DNA from: an uncultured Chloroflexia bacterium
GTDB lineage: Bacteria; Chloroflexota; Limnocylindria; Limnocylindrales; CSP1-4
Reading direction: 5' to 3'
Assembly (NCBI GenBank): GCA_963763775.1
Contig: CAVXPZ010000003.1
Span: 378,131 to 442,130 of the forward strand
DNA length: 64,000 nt
Below, one piece after another: positions 1 through 12,359 of this stretch. The notes beneath the pieces are model-generated. The model was not told the DNA's origin. It ran no database searches and saw only the letters and a program-made list of their open reading frames with translations. The translations under genes were made by a program, and so were the position numbers. Numbering within the stretch: the first letter of the stretch is position 1; each line of letters starts with the position of its first letter.

Positions 1-100
1 GTCGGACATGGGATGACACCACGGCACAGCCGGGCGCGGAAGAGGGAGTTTACGGCCGAACGGCTCCCCGGTCAATCACGGCGTCGACCCCGGGGCACGC

Positions 101-816
101 TCAGGCGAGCTCGTCGGCGAGGAGTAGGCGCTCGCGCACGATCAAGGCGACGGCGAGCGGCTCGGTGAGCTGGTCCGCGAGCGCGGCCACGACCTCCTCG
201 GGACGGCCCGTGCCCAGACTCGCGTGGAATCGGGTCCGCGCGCGGATCACGACCGGCGGACCGTCGACGATGACCGCGACATCTGCGAGCAGCGGTCGCA
301 GGTCGTAGGCCACCTGGCTGCCGCCTTTGTCGCGCTGGCGTGGAAGGGTCGCGGCGGCCAGCACGGCACGGCAGGCCTGCCGATGGCGCCCGCGCCCACC
401 GTCCGGCCCGACCTCGAGCGTGATCCGGTAGTCCGCCGCGGCGACGATCCCGCCGAGCGCCGGGCCGCCGAGCCACACGTCCTCGAGGTCCACGAGCGAC
501 CAGCCGTCGGGCACCACGCGCTCCAGGTCCTCGCGGACACGCCACCGCGGCAACCGCTCCGTCAGGACGAGGTCCATGAGCTCGCGCTCGGCCGCCATCC
601 CCATGGTCAGCGGCGCACCGAACGCCAGTCGCGGTCGGGCCGGCGAGGCGGTCGTGCGGGCGACGGCAGCCCGCTCGCTTCCACGGCTCCCTCCCACGCA
701 TCCGCGGTCTCGCGCTGTGCGAGCCGAGGCGCGTCGAGGGCGCGGGCGACGACGAGCCGCCAACGCTGCCGGGGCTCGGGGACGGCCACCTTGGCAGGCT
801 CGGAACCGACGTCCAC
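101..816 (-). pseudogene. DUF2344 / TIGR03936-type radical-SAM-associated protein, readable only with one frame change
   Basis: Minus-strand ORF 607..816 gives the family N-terminus (QRWRLVVARALDAPRLAQRETADAWEGAVEASGLP). The 3' part of ORF 101..1072 gives the rest (RPRLAFGAPLTMGMAAERELMDLVLTERLP ... VIRARTRFHASLGTGRPEEVV). The two pieces are in different frames and abut within 638..663. Confidence 0.6.
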
Positions 817-836
817 GTCTGGTAGTCTGCGGCACG

Positions 837-2099
837 ATGACCGACCCCGCCCGGCCCCAGCCGGAACCGACGCCGGGCGCCGGCGCGACCGGGGCCGCAG
901 CCGCGGGAGCGCTCGCGTCGCTTCCTCCGGCCCCGTTCGTCACCCACCCGACCGACGGCTCGCCGCCACGCTTCGCCCCACTCTCGCCACGCGTCGCGGT
1001 CCTCATCGGGGCGGCGATCGTGCTTGGCCTCCTGCTCTGGATGGCCCGCGACAGCGTCCGGCCGTTCATCATCGGCCTGCTGCTCGTCTACCTGCTCGAC
1101 ATCCCCGTCCGGCGTCTCGTCCGCCGCGGGGTCCGGCGCTCCCTCGCGATCCTCATCGTCTACATCGTGGGGATCTCGGCGATCGTCGTGTTCCTGGCGA
1201 TCACGCTCACGCCACTGATCAACGAGGTCTTCCGGTTCGTCGAGGACTTCCCGCGGCTCGCGGACCAGCTCAACTCGCGGATCAAGGATCTCGCGGACTA
1301 CTACTCGCACCTGCAGTTGCCGGCGGGCCTGCGCGACTGGATCGACAGCGTCATCGCCGGGATCCAGACGGGCAAGCCGGGCGCCGGCTTCGACTTCGCC
1401 TTCCTGCTGCCTCTCGTGACCGGGGCGGGGAGCCTCCTCGGCGCGATCTTCGGCTACATCATCCTGCCGATCTGGGTGTTCTACCTCGCGAAGGACCAGG
1501 CTCGGCTCGTCAGCGCCTTCGACCGGTCCCTCCCCGAGGCCTGGAAGTTCGACATCTGGGTCCTGCTCCGGTCGGTCGAGCGCGTCTTCGGCCAGTGGGT
1601 CCGGGCGCAGGTGATCCTCGGGTTCGCGGTGGGCATCTTCACGTTCATCGGCCTGATCATCCTGAGCTACACGGTCGACCCCATCTTCGGGCGGTACGCG
1701 ATCCTGCTGTCGGTCATCGCCGGCGTCCTGGAGCTGGTGCCGGTCATCGGCCCGATCATCTCCGCCATCCCCGCTCTCCTCATCGGCGCGACGGCCGGCA
1801 TCGAGTCGGTGATCGCCGCGCTCGTGCTCTACACGCTCGTCCAGCAGGTCGAGAACAACTTCCTCGTCCCGAAGATCCAGGGCGATGCCACGGACCTCCA
1901 CCCGGCGGCGGTGATCTTCGCGATCATCATCGGCGGGGCACTCGCCGGGCTGCTCGGAGCGATCCTCGCGCTGCCCGTCGCGGCGGCGTTCCGCGACGTC
2001 GTCCGCTACCTCTTCCGGCGGCTCAGCCCCGACCCGGCCGATGCCGAGGCGGTCCTGACGCTGGCCCGCAAGGTCGACATGGATCCCGCGAGTGGCTGA
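837..2099 (+). CDS. AI-2E family transporter (PerM/YhhT-like permease)
   Basis: ORF 576..2099 encodes a multi-TM protein with the family C-terminal pattern (VLELVPVIGPIISAIPALLIG, LVQQVENNFLVPKIQG, HPAAVIFAIIIGGALAGLLGAILALPVAAA). Start placed at ATG 837 (MTDPARP) because the upstream 87 codons are Arg-rich and overlap the divergent gene. The start is uncertain. Confidence 0.85.
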   Translation: MTDPARPQPEPTPGAGATGAAAAGALASLPPAPFVTHPTDGSPPRFAPLSPRVAVLIGAAIVLGLLLWMARDSVRPFIIGLLLVYLLDIPVRRLVRRGVRRSLAILIVYIVGISAIVVFLAITLTPLINEVFRFVEDFPRLADQLNSRIKDLADYYSHLQLPAGLRDWIDSVIAGIQTGKPGAGFDFAFLLPLVTGAGSLLGAIFGYIILPIWVFYLAKDQARLVSAFDRSLPEAWKFDIWVLLRSVERVFGQWVRAQVILGFAVGIFTFIGLIILSYTVDPIFGRYAILLSVIAGVLELVPVIGPIISAIPALLIGATAGIESVIAALVLYTLVQQVENNFLVPKIQGDATDLHPAAVIFAIIIGGALAGLLGAILALPVAAAFRDVVRYLFRRLSPDPADAEAVLTLARKVDMDPASG

Positions 2100-2740
2100 C
2101 GCCTTCGACCCGTACAAGACGCTCCAGGTCGACGCCGAGGCCGATGACGAGGTGATCAAGGCTGCGTACCGCGGGCTCGCCCGCAAGTACCACCCGGACG
2201 TCACACCGGGAGCGGATGCGGCCGCGCGCATGGCCGCGATCAACGTCGCGTGGGGCATGATCGGCGAGCCGGACGCCCGGCGGCGGTACGACCAGTCGCG
2301 AGGCGGTCTTGGAGCGGCGAGCCGGGCGGGCGCGCAGGGGGCACGGGCGGGCACCGCAGCCCCCACGACCGCCGGCAGCCCGCGAGCCCGCCGCGCCGAA
2401 GCCGCCGCCCCCACCGGAGGAGGTGTCACGCGACTGGACGTCGGGTCGTTCGTCGACCGGGTCCGGCTACGACCCCTCGATGCGCGCGGCCGACGGCCAC
2501 GGCGCGGCCGGCCGGCCGCCCGGGAATCCGTCGGGGAGCGTGCTCAACTTCGGCCGCTATGCCGGCTGGTCGCTCGGGGAGATCGCGCGGAGCGACATCG
2601 AGTACATCGAATGGCTCGACCGCGCGCCGATCGGCCGCCAATACCGCGACGAGGTCGACCAGATCCTCCGCAAGGCCGGCCGCCGCGTCTCCGAATCCGT
2701 CGAGCAGCGCGATCGGCGAGGCCTGTACCGCCGACGCTAG
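2092..2740 (+). pseudogene. J-domain protein with C-terminal DUF3820/ExoX-C-like motif, readable only with one frame change
   Basis: The frame opened by GTG 2092 gives a J domain (DPYKTLQV, AYRGLARKYHPDV, INVAWGMIGEPDARRRYD) and then turns into Arg-rich text. ORF 2309..2740 in the next frame carries a Pro-rich linker and FGRYAGWSLGEIARSDIEYIEWLDRAP. The switch lies somewhere in 2300..2430. Confidence 0.6.
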
Positions 2741-2755
2741 GAGGCGGGGCGGGCG

Positions 2756-4040
2756 CTACGAGGCGGGCGGCGCCTCGGCCATCTCGGCGGCGGGCGGGAC
2801 CGGCGCGGAGGACTCCGACGGCACCACCGCGGCGACCCGGCTCACGAGCCGCCCGACCGTCGTGCCCTGCACGAGCAGCGTGAACAACACGACCCCGAAC
2901 GTGATCTCCTGGAGGAGGCCGCGTTGGGGGAGGTCGGCGGGCAGCGCGAGGGCCATCGCCGACCGCGACGGCTCCGCGGAGCCCGCTCCAGAACAGGACG
3001 TGGAGCCAGCCGATGGGAAGGCGCGCCGACAACCCCGGGATCGGCGCGAGACGGGCGGTCCCGCCGAGCAGGACATAGACGATCAGCGCCCGGCCGACCA
3101 GGGCGGCGACCACGGCCCACGTGATCGGCCCGAGCGCATCGAGCAGGCGCGCCGGCGGGATGGCGAGTCCGACGAGCAGGAACGTGACGGCGGTCAGCAG
3201 GAAGGCGAAGAACTCCCACACCGTGTCGATCGCGTCCGCGCCGGTCGCCGTCAGCATCCGCCCGGGCCCGACGTTCCCCAGTACGACGGCCGCGGTGACC
3301 GTCGCGAGCACGCCCGAGAGGTGGAACTCGTCCGCGAGCAGATAGCTCCCGTACGCCAGCACGACCGAGATCGTGAGCTCGATCAGGTGGTCGTCGATGA
3401 CGCTGATGAGGCGCGCGGCGACATAGCCGGTGACGAGGCCGATCGTCACGCTGACGAGGATGGCGCCCGCGAAGGCGAGGATCGCGTCGCCGGGCGCGAA
3501 CGGCTGCGTCACGGCCTGGAGCGCGATCGCGAACAGGACGAGCCCGGTCCCGTCGTTCAGGAGGCTCTCGCCGTCGACGATCGTGGCCAGCGACGGCGAG
3601 ACCCGGAGGCGCTTGAAGACCGCGACCACGGCAGCTGGGTCCGTCGCGGACACCATCGCACCGACGACGAACGCGAGCTCGATCGGCAACCCGGCGAAGA
3701 CGTGCAGCACGAGCGCGACGACGAGCGCCGAGATCAGGACGCCCGGGACCGCGAGCAGCAGCAGCCCCGTCGACCAACGCCGGAGCTCGTCCACGCGCAG
3801 TCGATAGCCGGCCTCGAAGACGAGTCCTGGCAGCAGGACGACCAGCACGAGGTCCGGCGTGACCTCGATCGCCGGGATGCCAGCGCTGCTGGCGAGACCG
3901 CCGAGGACGAGGCCGGCCACGACCAGTCCGACCGTATACGGGATGCGCAGCGGGCGAACGAGGATCGCCACGAGCGTGGCCAGCCCGAGCAGGCCGACCA
4001 GCAACGCGATCGTGTGCGGGAAGACCGAGGTCTCGATCAT
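2756..4040 (-). pseudogene. CPA1 (NhaP-type) Na+/H+ antiporter, one frame change near the 3' end
   Basis: ORF 2544..4040 reads as an Na_H exchanger (ATDPAAVVAVFKRLRV, IVDGESLLNDGTGLVLF) up to WSGLRGAVAV and then becomes Arg/Gly text. ORF 2756..3076 continues the family sequence (AMALALPADLPQRGLLQEITFGVVLFTLLVQGTTVGRLV). Confidence 0.8.
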
Positions 4041-4105
4041 GCGCCGATGGTGCGCTTACCGCCGGGCGTGCGTTCGTCCACGCGGTCGAGGATATCGAAC
4101 GACGG

Positions 4106-5267
4106 TCACCACTCCGCGCGGCTCTGGCGGATGTTGATGCTCTGGATGATCCCCAGGCCGATGGCCATGCTGACGAGCGAGGCCCCGCCGTGCGTCACGA
4201 ACGGCAACGGGATCCCGGTGATCGGCATGATCCCCATCACCATGCCGACGTTCACGATCAGCTGGAAGAGGATCATCGAGGCCATGCCGGCGGCGAACAT
4301 CGTGCCGAACGGGTCGCGGGAACGCCAGCCCGAGACGAGGACGCGCCAGAGCAGCAGAGAAGAACAGGGTGAAGACGACGATCGCGCCGATGAACCCGAG
4401 CTCCTCGGCGAGGATCGCGAACACGAAGTCGGTCGTCTGGACCGGCAGGAACTCGCCCGCGGACTGGGTGCCGTTGGTGAGGCCCTTCCCCATCCAGCCG
4501 CCGGAGCCGACGGCGATCTGCGCCTGGTAGAGCTGGTAGCCCGCGCCCTTGATGTCCGGCGACGCGTCGAGGAACGACAGCAGGCGCTGCTTCTGGTAGT
4601 CGTGGAGGATGTACGTCCAGGCGATCGGGACGAGGGCGATGACGCCAGCCGCGAGGATGAACAGCCACTTGAGGCTCGCACCGGACATCCAGAGCATGCC
4701 GCCGAGGATCGCGGCGAACACGATCGACGTGCCGAGGTCCGGCTGGAGCATGACGAGGACCAGGGGCGGCCCGACGAGCAGGCACGCGCCGAGGATCGAG
4801 GGCAGCGAGTCCAGATGCCCTTGCCGGGCGGCGAGGTAGTTCGCGAGGACGATGATCATGAGGATCTTCGCGAGCTCGCTGAACTGGAAGGTCAGGGGGC
4901 CGAGCGCGATCCAGCGAGCGGAACCGCCGACGCCGTCGCCGATGGCGAGCGTCAGCGCGAGCAGGCCCAGCTGGAAGACGTAGATCGGCCAGGCCAGCGT
5001 CTTCAGCCAGCGGTAGTCGAACGCCGTGGACAGGATGAAGAAGACGACCGCGATCCCGGTCCACATCAGGGCACGCGTGAACGTCGTCTGGGCGTCGAGG
5101 TTGAGCTTCCCGCCCTCGATGCTGTTCGTGTACGCCATGACGAGCCCGATCGCCGCCAGCAGGCCGGCGTACGTGACAAGCTGGACGTCGAACGCGCGCC
5201 AGACCGTCCCGATGGACTTCGCCGCCCAATCGGTGACGCGTGCTGGCTCGGCTCGGATGACGCCCAT
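4106..5267 (-). pseudogene. rodA: SEDS-family peptidoglycan glycosyltransferase RodA, one frame change
   Basis: ORF 4056..5267 is FtsW/RodA-like (LQPDLGTSIVF, PVQTTDFVFAILAEELGFIGA) and loses sense after FTLFF. ORF 4106..4681 ends with the conserved tail (FGTMFAAGMASMILFQLIVNVGMVMGIMPITGIPLPFVTHGGASLV). It lies directly downstream of mrdA. Confidence 0.85.
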
Positions 5268-7166
5268 CTACTCGGTCCGGTAGAAGTTGCCGCGCTTCAT
5301 GTTCTCGAAGAGGCGGTAGTCCTTCTTGATCCCGTAGTGCAGCTGGAAGAAGTACTTGGCGATCTCGGTCGCCGCGTTGCCCTTGGTGCGCGAGTCGTAG
5401 GCGAACGCGAGGACGACGAGCTGGGAGTCGGCGTTGGCGAAGGAGCCGTGGTACGGGTCCTTGGGCGTGAAGCCGACGAACCAGGAGCTGTACGGGAGGC
5501 GGCCGAGGCGGTCGCGCTTGCCGAACTCCGCGGTCCCGGACTTTCCGGCGATCTTGATCGGCAGATCGACGAGGTTGTACGTGTGCCGGACCAGCACGAC
5601 GTTCCGCGCCGCGGCCCGCATGGTCCGAAGCACGCCCTTCTTGACCTTGAGCTTGTGGAGCAGCTTCGGCTGGAACGCGCGGACGGTCTGGCCGTCGGGC
5701 CCGACGATCTCGCGGACGATCTGTGGCTGGTACAGCTTGCCGCCGTTCGCGAGCGCGGCATAGGCGTTGATCAGCTGGATCGGCGTGACCGTGTCGTAGC
5801 CCTGGCCGATGGACGCCTGATAGGTCTCGCCCGGGAAGATCGGCGCTCCGAGAGCGTCCTGCTTCCACTTGTTGGTCGGCACGATCCCGGTGACCTCGCC
5901 GGGGAGGTCGATCCCGGTCTGCGCCCCGAACCCGTACTGCTTGGCCCAGTACCCGAGCCGGTCGATCCCGAGCATCCCGCCGACCGTGAAGAAGTACGTG
6001 TCGCTGGAGTGCCCGAACCCGCAGTAGATGTTGCAGGCCCCGAACCCCTGGTGGTTCCAGTCGTAGTAGCGCGTCGGCCCGATCGACAGGTAGCCCTTGG
6101 TATGGATCCGCGTCGACGCCGTGATCTTCCCGTCCGACAGACCACCCGTCCCGGCGACGAGCTTGTACGTCGAACCGGGCGCGTAGTTCGCCTGCACGGC
6201 ATGGTTGAGGAGCGGGAGGTCCTTGTTCTTGAGGAGCTTGCTGAAGGCCTTGTTGCTGATCCCACGGGCGAAGGCGTTGTTGTCGTACGTCGGAAGGCTC
6301 ACCATCGCCAGGACCTCGCCGGTCTGCGGGTTCATGGCGATGAGCACCCCGCGGTGGTTCCCGATCGTCCGAAGCCCCCACTTGAGCGCCTTCTCGGCCT
6401 GCTTCTGGACCGTCGTGTCGATCGTCAGCTTGAGCGAGTCTCCCGGCTTCACGTCGGACAAGGTCGCGAGGACCTGCGTCTTCTGGCCGCGCGCGTTCCG
6501 CTCGACGCTCTCGGTGCCGTAGGTCCCGCGGAGATAGGACTCGTACTCCTGCTCGAGACCCGCCTTGCCGATGAGATCGTCGGGGAGGTAGCCCTTCGGC
6601 TGGAGGTTCGGGAGCTGCTCGGCCGAGACGGGACCTGTGTAGCCGACGATCTGCGACATCAGCGGCCCTGTGGCGTACTCGCGGCGAGCCTCGACGACGA
6701 CCTCCACGCCTGGCATGTCCGTCGACGACTCGGAGATGAGGCGGGCGGTCGCCTCGTCGACGTCGCCGGCGATCCGGACGAAGTCGAACGCCGATCCGGG
6801 ATTGCTGTCGATCGTCGAGTTGATCTCGGCCGCATCCATCCCGATCAACGAGGCGAGCCGGTCGACGACCTCGGGTCGGAACTGCACCGGCAGGTCGGAC
6901 GGACGGATCTTCACGGCGAACGTCGGCACGTTCGAGACGAGGGGACGACCCTCGCGGTCGTAGATGAGGCCGCGCGGCGCCGGGATCGACTCGACGACGG
7001 TCCGCTGCGCGGTCGAGAGGGCCTTGAATTCGCCGCCATTGACGATCTGGAGGTAGAAGAGCCGGGCGGTCAGCGACGTGATGGCCAGCACGATGACCAC
7101 GCCGAACACGAGGAAGCGCGACAGCCGTCGCGCGGGCTCGACCCGCCCGTCGAGGTAGCCGTTCAC
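5268..7166 (-). CDS. mrdA: Penicillin-binding protein 2 (elongation transpeptidase)
   Basis: 632-aa intact ORF. N-terminal anchor plus the PBP dimerisation region (RGLIYDREGRPLV) and transpeptidase motifs (APGSTYKL, GKSGTAE). It sits between mreD and rodA. Confidence 0.9.
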   Translation of the reverse strand: MNGYLDGRVEPARRLSRFLVFGVVIVLAITSLTARLFYLQIVNGGEFKALSTAQRTVVESIPAPRGLIYDREGRPLVSNVPTFAVKIRPSDLPVQFRPEVVDRLASLIGMDAAEINSTIDSNPGSAFDFVRIAGDVDEATARLISESSTDMPGVEVVVEARREYATGPLMSQIVGYTGPVSAEQLPNLQPKGYLPDDLIGKAGLEQEYESYLRGTYGTESVERNARGQKTQVLATLSDVKPGDSLKLTIDTTVQKQAEKALKWGLRTIGNHRGVLIAMNPQTGEVLAMVSLPTYDNNAFARGISNKAFSKLLKNKDLPLLNHAVQANYAPGSTYKLVAGTGGLSDGKITASTRIHTKGYLSIGPTRYYDWNHQGFGACNIYCGFGHSSDTYFFTVGGMLGIDRLGYWAKQYGFGAQTGIDLPGEVTGIVPTNKWKQDALGAPIFPGETYQASIGQGYDTVTPIQLINAYAALANGGKLYQPQIVREIVGPDGQTVRAFQPKLLHKLKVKKGVLRTMRAAARNVVLVRHTYNLVDLPIKIAGKSGTAEFGKRDRLGRLPYSSWFVGFTPKDPYHGSFANADSQLVVLAFAYDSRTKGNAATEIAKYFFQLHYGIKKDYRLFENMKRGNFYRTE

Positions 7167-7666
7167 CAGTCCACCCGCTCGGACTGGGCGGCGCGCCGGT
7201 CATGGATCGAGATCACGAGCGGCCCGATGACGGCGGCGAGGATCGTGTCGTAGATCGCGCCGGGCAGGATGAGGCTCAGCGGGTCCGAGACCGGGAGCGG
7301 CGAGCGGAGAGCACCGAGCAAGACGAACATGACCATCGAATAAAGGAGACTCAGCAGGAACGTTGCGATGATCGGGGCCAGGGGGCGGACCCGCGAGAAG
7401 ATGTGCCCAAGGATCGACGCGCCACCCATGCAGAGCAGGAGGGCGAAGGCGGTTGATCCGAGTGGTCGCTGCGCCAATACATCAAGAGCAAGCCCGCCCA
7501 CAAAGGCCCAGACGAGCCCCGCTTCGAGTCCGACCGCGATGGTGACGATGATCCCGAGGACCAGGACGAGGTGTGGAACGGCATCGCCGACCCGAAGGTA
7601 CGGCGCCACGGTCAGTTCGAACAGGGCCGCCATCGTCGCGCCGACCGCGGCGAGCAGCAAGGTCAT
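7163..7666 (-). CDS. mreD: Rod shape-determining protein MreD
   Basis: Five-TM small protein with GGLALDVLAQRPLGSTAF, overlapping the mrdA start by 4 nt. Start placed at ATG 7666 (MTLLLAAV). The longer track ORF (to 7879) runs through a parS site and is Arg-rich. Confidence 0.7.
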   Translation of the reverse strand: MTLLLAAVGATMAALFELTVAPYLRVGDAVPHLVLVLGIIVTIAVGLEAGLVWAFVGGLALDVLAQRPLGSTAFALLLCMGGASILGHIFSRVRPLAPIIATFLLSLLYSMVMFVLLGALRSPLPVSDPLSLILPGAIYDTILAAVIGPLVISIHDRRAAQSERVDW

Positions 7667-7862
7667 GGAGCGGTCGATCCTCGGAGAGGTGCCCGAAGGT
7701 CGCGCGCCCGCCAACGCGGCACTCGACGCGATCGATTCGGCGGTGACGTCGGTGCCGAGTATCCCACGGAACTTCGCGGAACGGCAACGGCCTCGTGGAC
7801 GGCCGGGCCTCCGAGCATCGCTGCGAGGGATGTGCCCAGGGTCCGACACAGCGTCGGCCTCA

Positions 7863-7878
7863 TGTTTCACGTGAAACA
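7863..7878. promoter_or_regulatory. parS: parS centromere-like site (perfect 16-mer)
   Basis: TGTTTCACGTGAAACA matches the Firmicutes/Actinobacteria parS consensus TGTTNCACGTGAAACA in full. It lies 256 bp upstream of parA. Confidence 0.85.
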
Positions 7879-7968
7879 CTGCTGCAGGTGGCGATCGGTG
7901 GTGGCGGCGAACGCGGGGTCGCGATTTCGGACAGACACGTGGACCGACCGCCGGGGCGTGCCGCGTCG

Positions 7969-7984
7969 CGTTTCACGTGAAACA
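7969..7984. promoter_or_regulatory. parS: parS centromere-like site (15/16)
   Basis: CGTTTCACGTGAAACA has the same 14-bp palindromic core GTTTCACGTGAAAC. It lies 106 bp from the first copy. Confidence 0.8.
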
Positions 7985-8089
7985 CCGCCGGCCGGGCACG
8001 GAGTGCCGTAAGGCCGCGATACGCCGCGATGAATGCCGCTGTGGCACGCTCGCCGTCCCCGTCTCAACCTGAGGTCCGAGCGTCAGCGA

Positions 8090-8098
8090 TGGTAGAAT
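8090..8098 (+). promoter_or_regulatory. Candidate extended -10 element for parA
   Basis: TGGTAGAAT (TGn + TAGAAT) lies about 35 nt upstream of the parA GTG. No good -35 was seen. Confidence 0.35.
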
Positions 8099-8133
8099 CA
8101 ATGACCGTGAGACCACCCCGAGCAGGCTACTGA

Positions 8134-11827
<3,694 letters not shown>

Positions 11828-11828
11828 G

Positions 11829-12359
11829 GTGCGCGAGGTCCGGACCTCGCCACTCGCTCGGTTCGAGTTCGAACCGCACAACTGCTTCGCGTGCGGCTCG
11901 CTGAACACGGGCGGACTCCAGTTGTCGCTCCATCTGGACGATGCCCGGTCGTGGGCGGACATCACGCTCGACCGACGCTTCGAGGGGTGGGAGGGGATCG
12001 CCCACGGCGGGATCCTGTGCACGATCCTGGACGAGGTCATGGCCTGGGCCCTCGTCGCCGAGGACAACTGGGGCGTGACCGCCCGCATGAACGTCGAGTT
12101 CCGAAAGCCGGTCTCGGTCGGCACGCCGATCCGGGCCGAAGGCTGGATCGTCCGGTCGCGCCGACGCATCGTCGAGACCGAAGGGCGCATCAGCGACGTC
12201 GAGACGGGCTCGGTGCTCGCGACGGCGACCGGGACCTACGTCGCGGCCGACGCCGAACGCAAACGCCAGCTGCGGGAGCGCTACGGGTTCCGCCTGCTCG
12301 AGATGCGCGGGGATACCGACACGCCCGGCTCCGTGGACAGCCAGGGGCGCCCGCGATGA
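11829..12359 (+). CDS. PaaI-family hotdog-fold thioesterase
   Basis: HNCFACGSLNTGGLQL followed by GIAHGGILCTILDEVMAWA. Start taken as the GTG 2 nt after the gyrB stop. Confidence 0.75.
   Translation: MREVRTSPLARFEFEPHNCFACGSLNTGGLQLSLHLDDARSWADITLDRRFEGWEGIAHGGILCTILDEVMAWALVAEDNWGVTARMNVEFRKPVSVGTPIRAEGWIVRSRRRIVETEGRISDVETGSVLATATGTYVAADAERKRQLRERYGFRLLEMRGDTDTPGSVDSQGRPR

Noticed and set aside
72-2429. 785-aa minus-strand ORF, plus ORFs 224..2155 and 247..540, overlapping the AI-2E transporter and DUF2344 genes
   Set aside because: The translations are Arg/Pro/Gly/Asp-rich with no domain-like text. They are antisense or out-of-frame shadows of real genes, as expected when stop codons are rare at about 70% GC.
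2250-7253. 1667-aa plus-strand ORF, and 976-aa ORF 4273..7203
   Set aside because: They lie opposite or out of frame to the nhaP, rodA and mrdA genes, which have clear family sequences. Composition is Arg/Asp/Glu/Pro-dominated low complexity.
7667-7879. N-terminal extension of the mreD ORF (MFHVKHEADAVS...)
   Set aside because: It starts inside the parS palindrome, is Arg-rich, and is not MreD-like. The start was moved to ATG 7666.
11855-11885. tRNA-like ggttcgagttcgaacc string
   Set aside because: It lies inside the thioesterase coding frame (ARFEFEPH). No acceptor or anticodon arms can be drawn around it.
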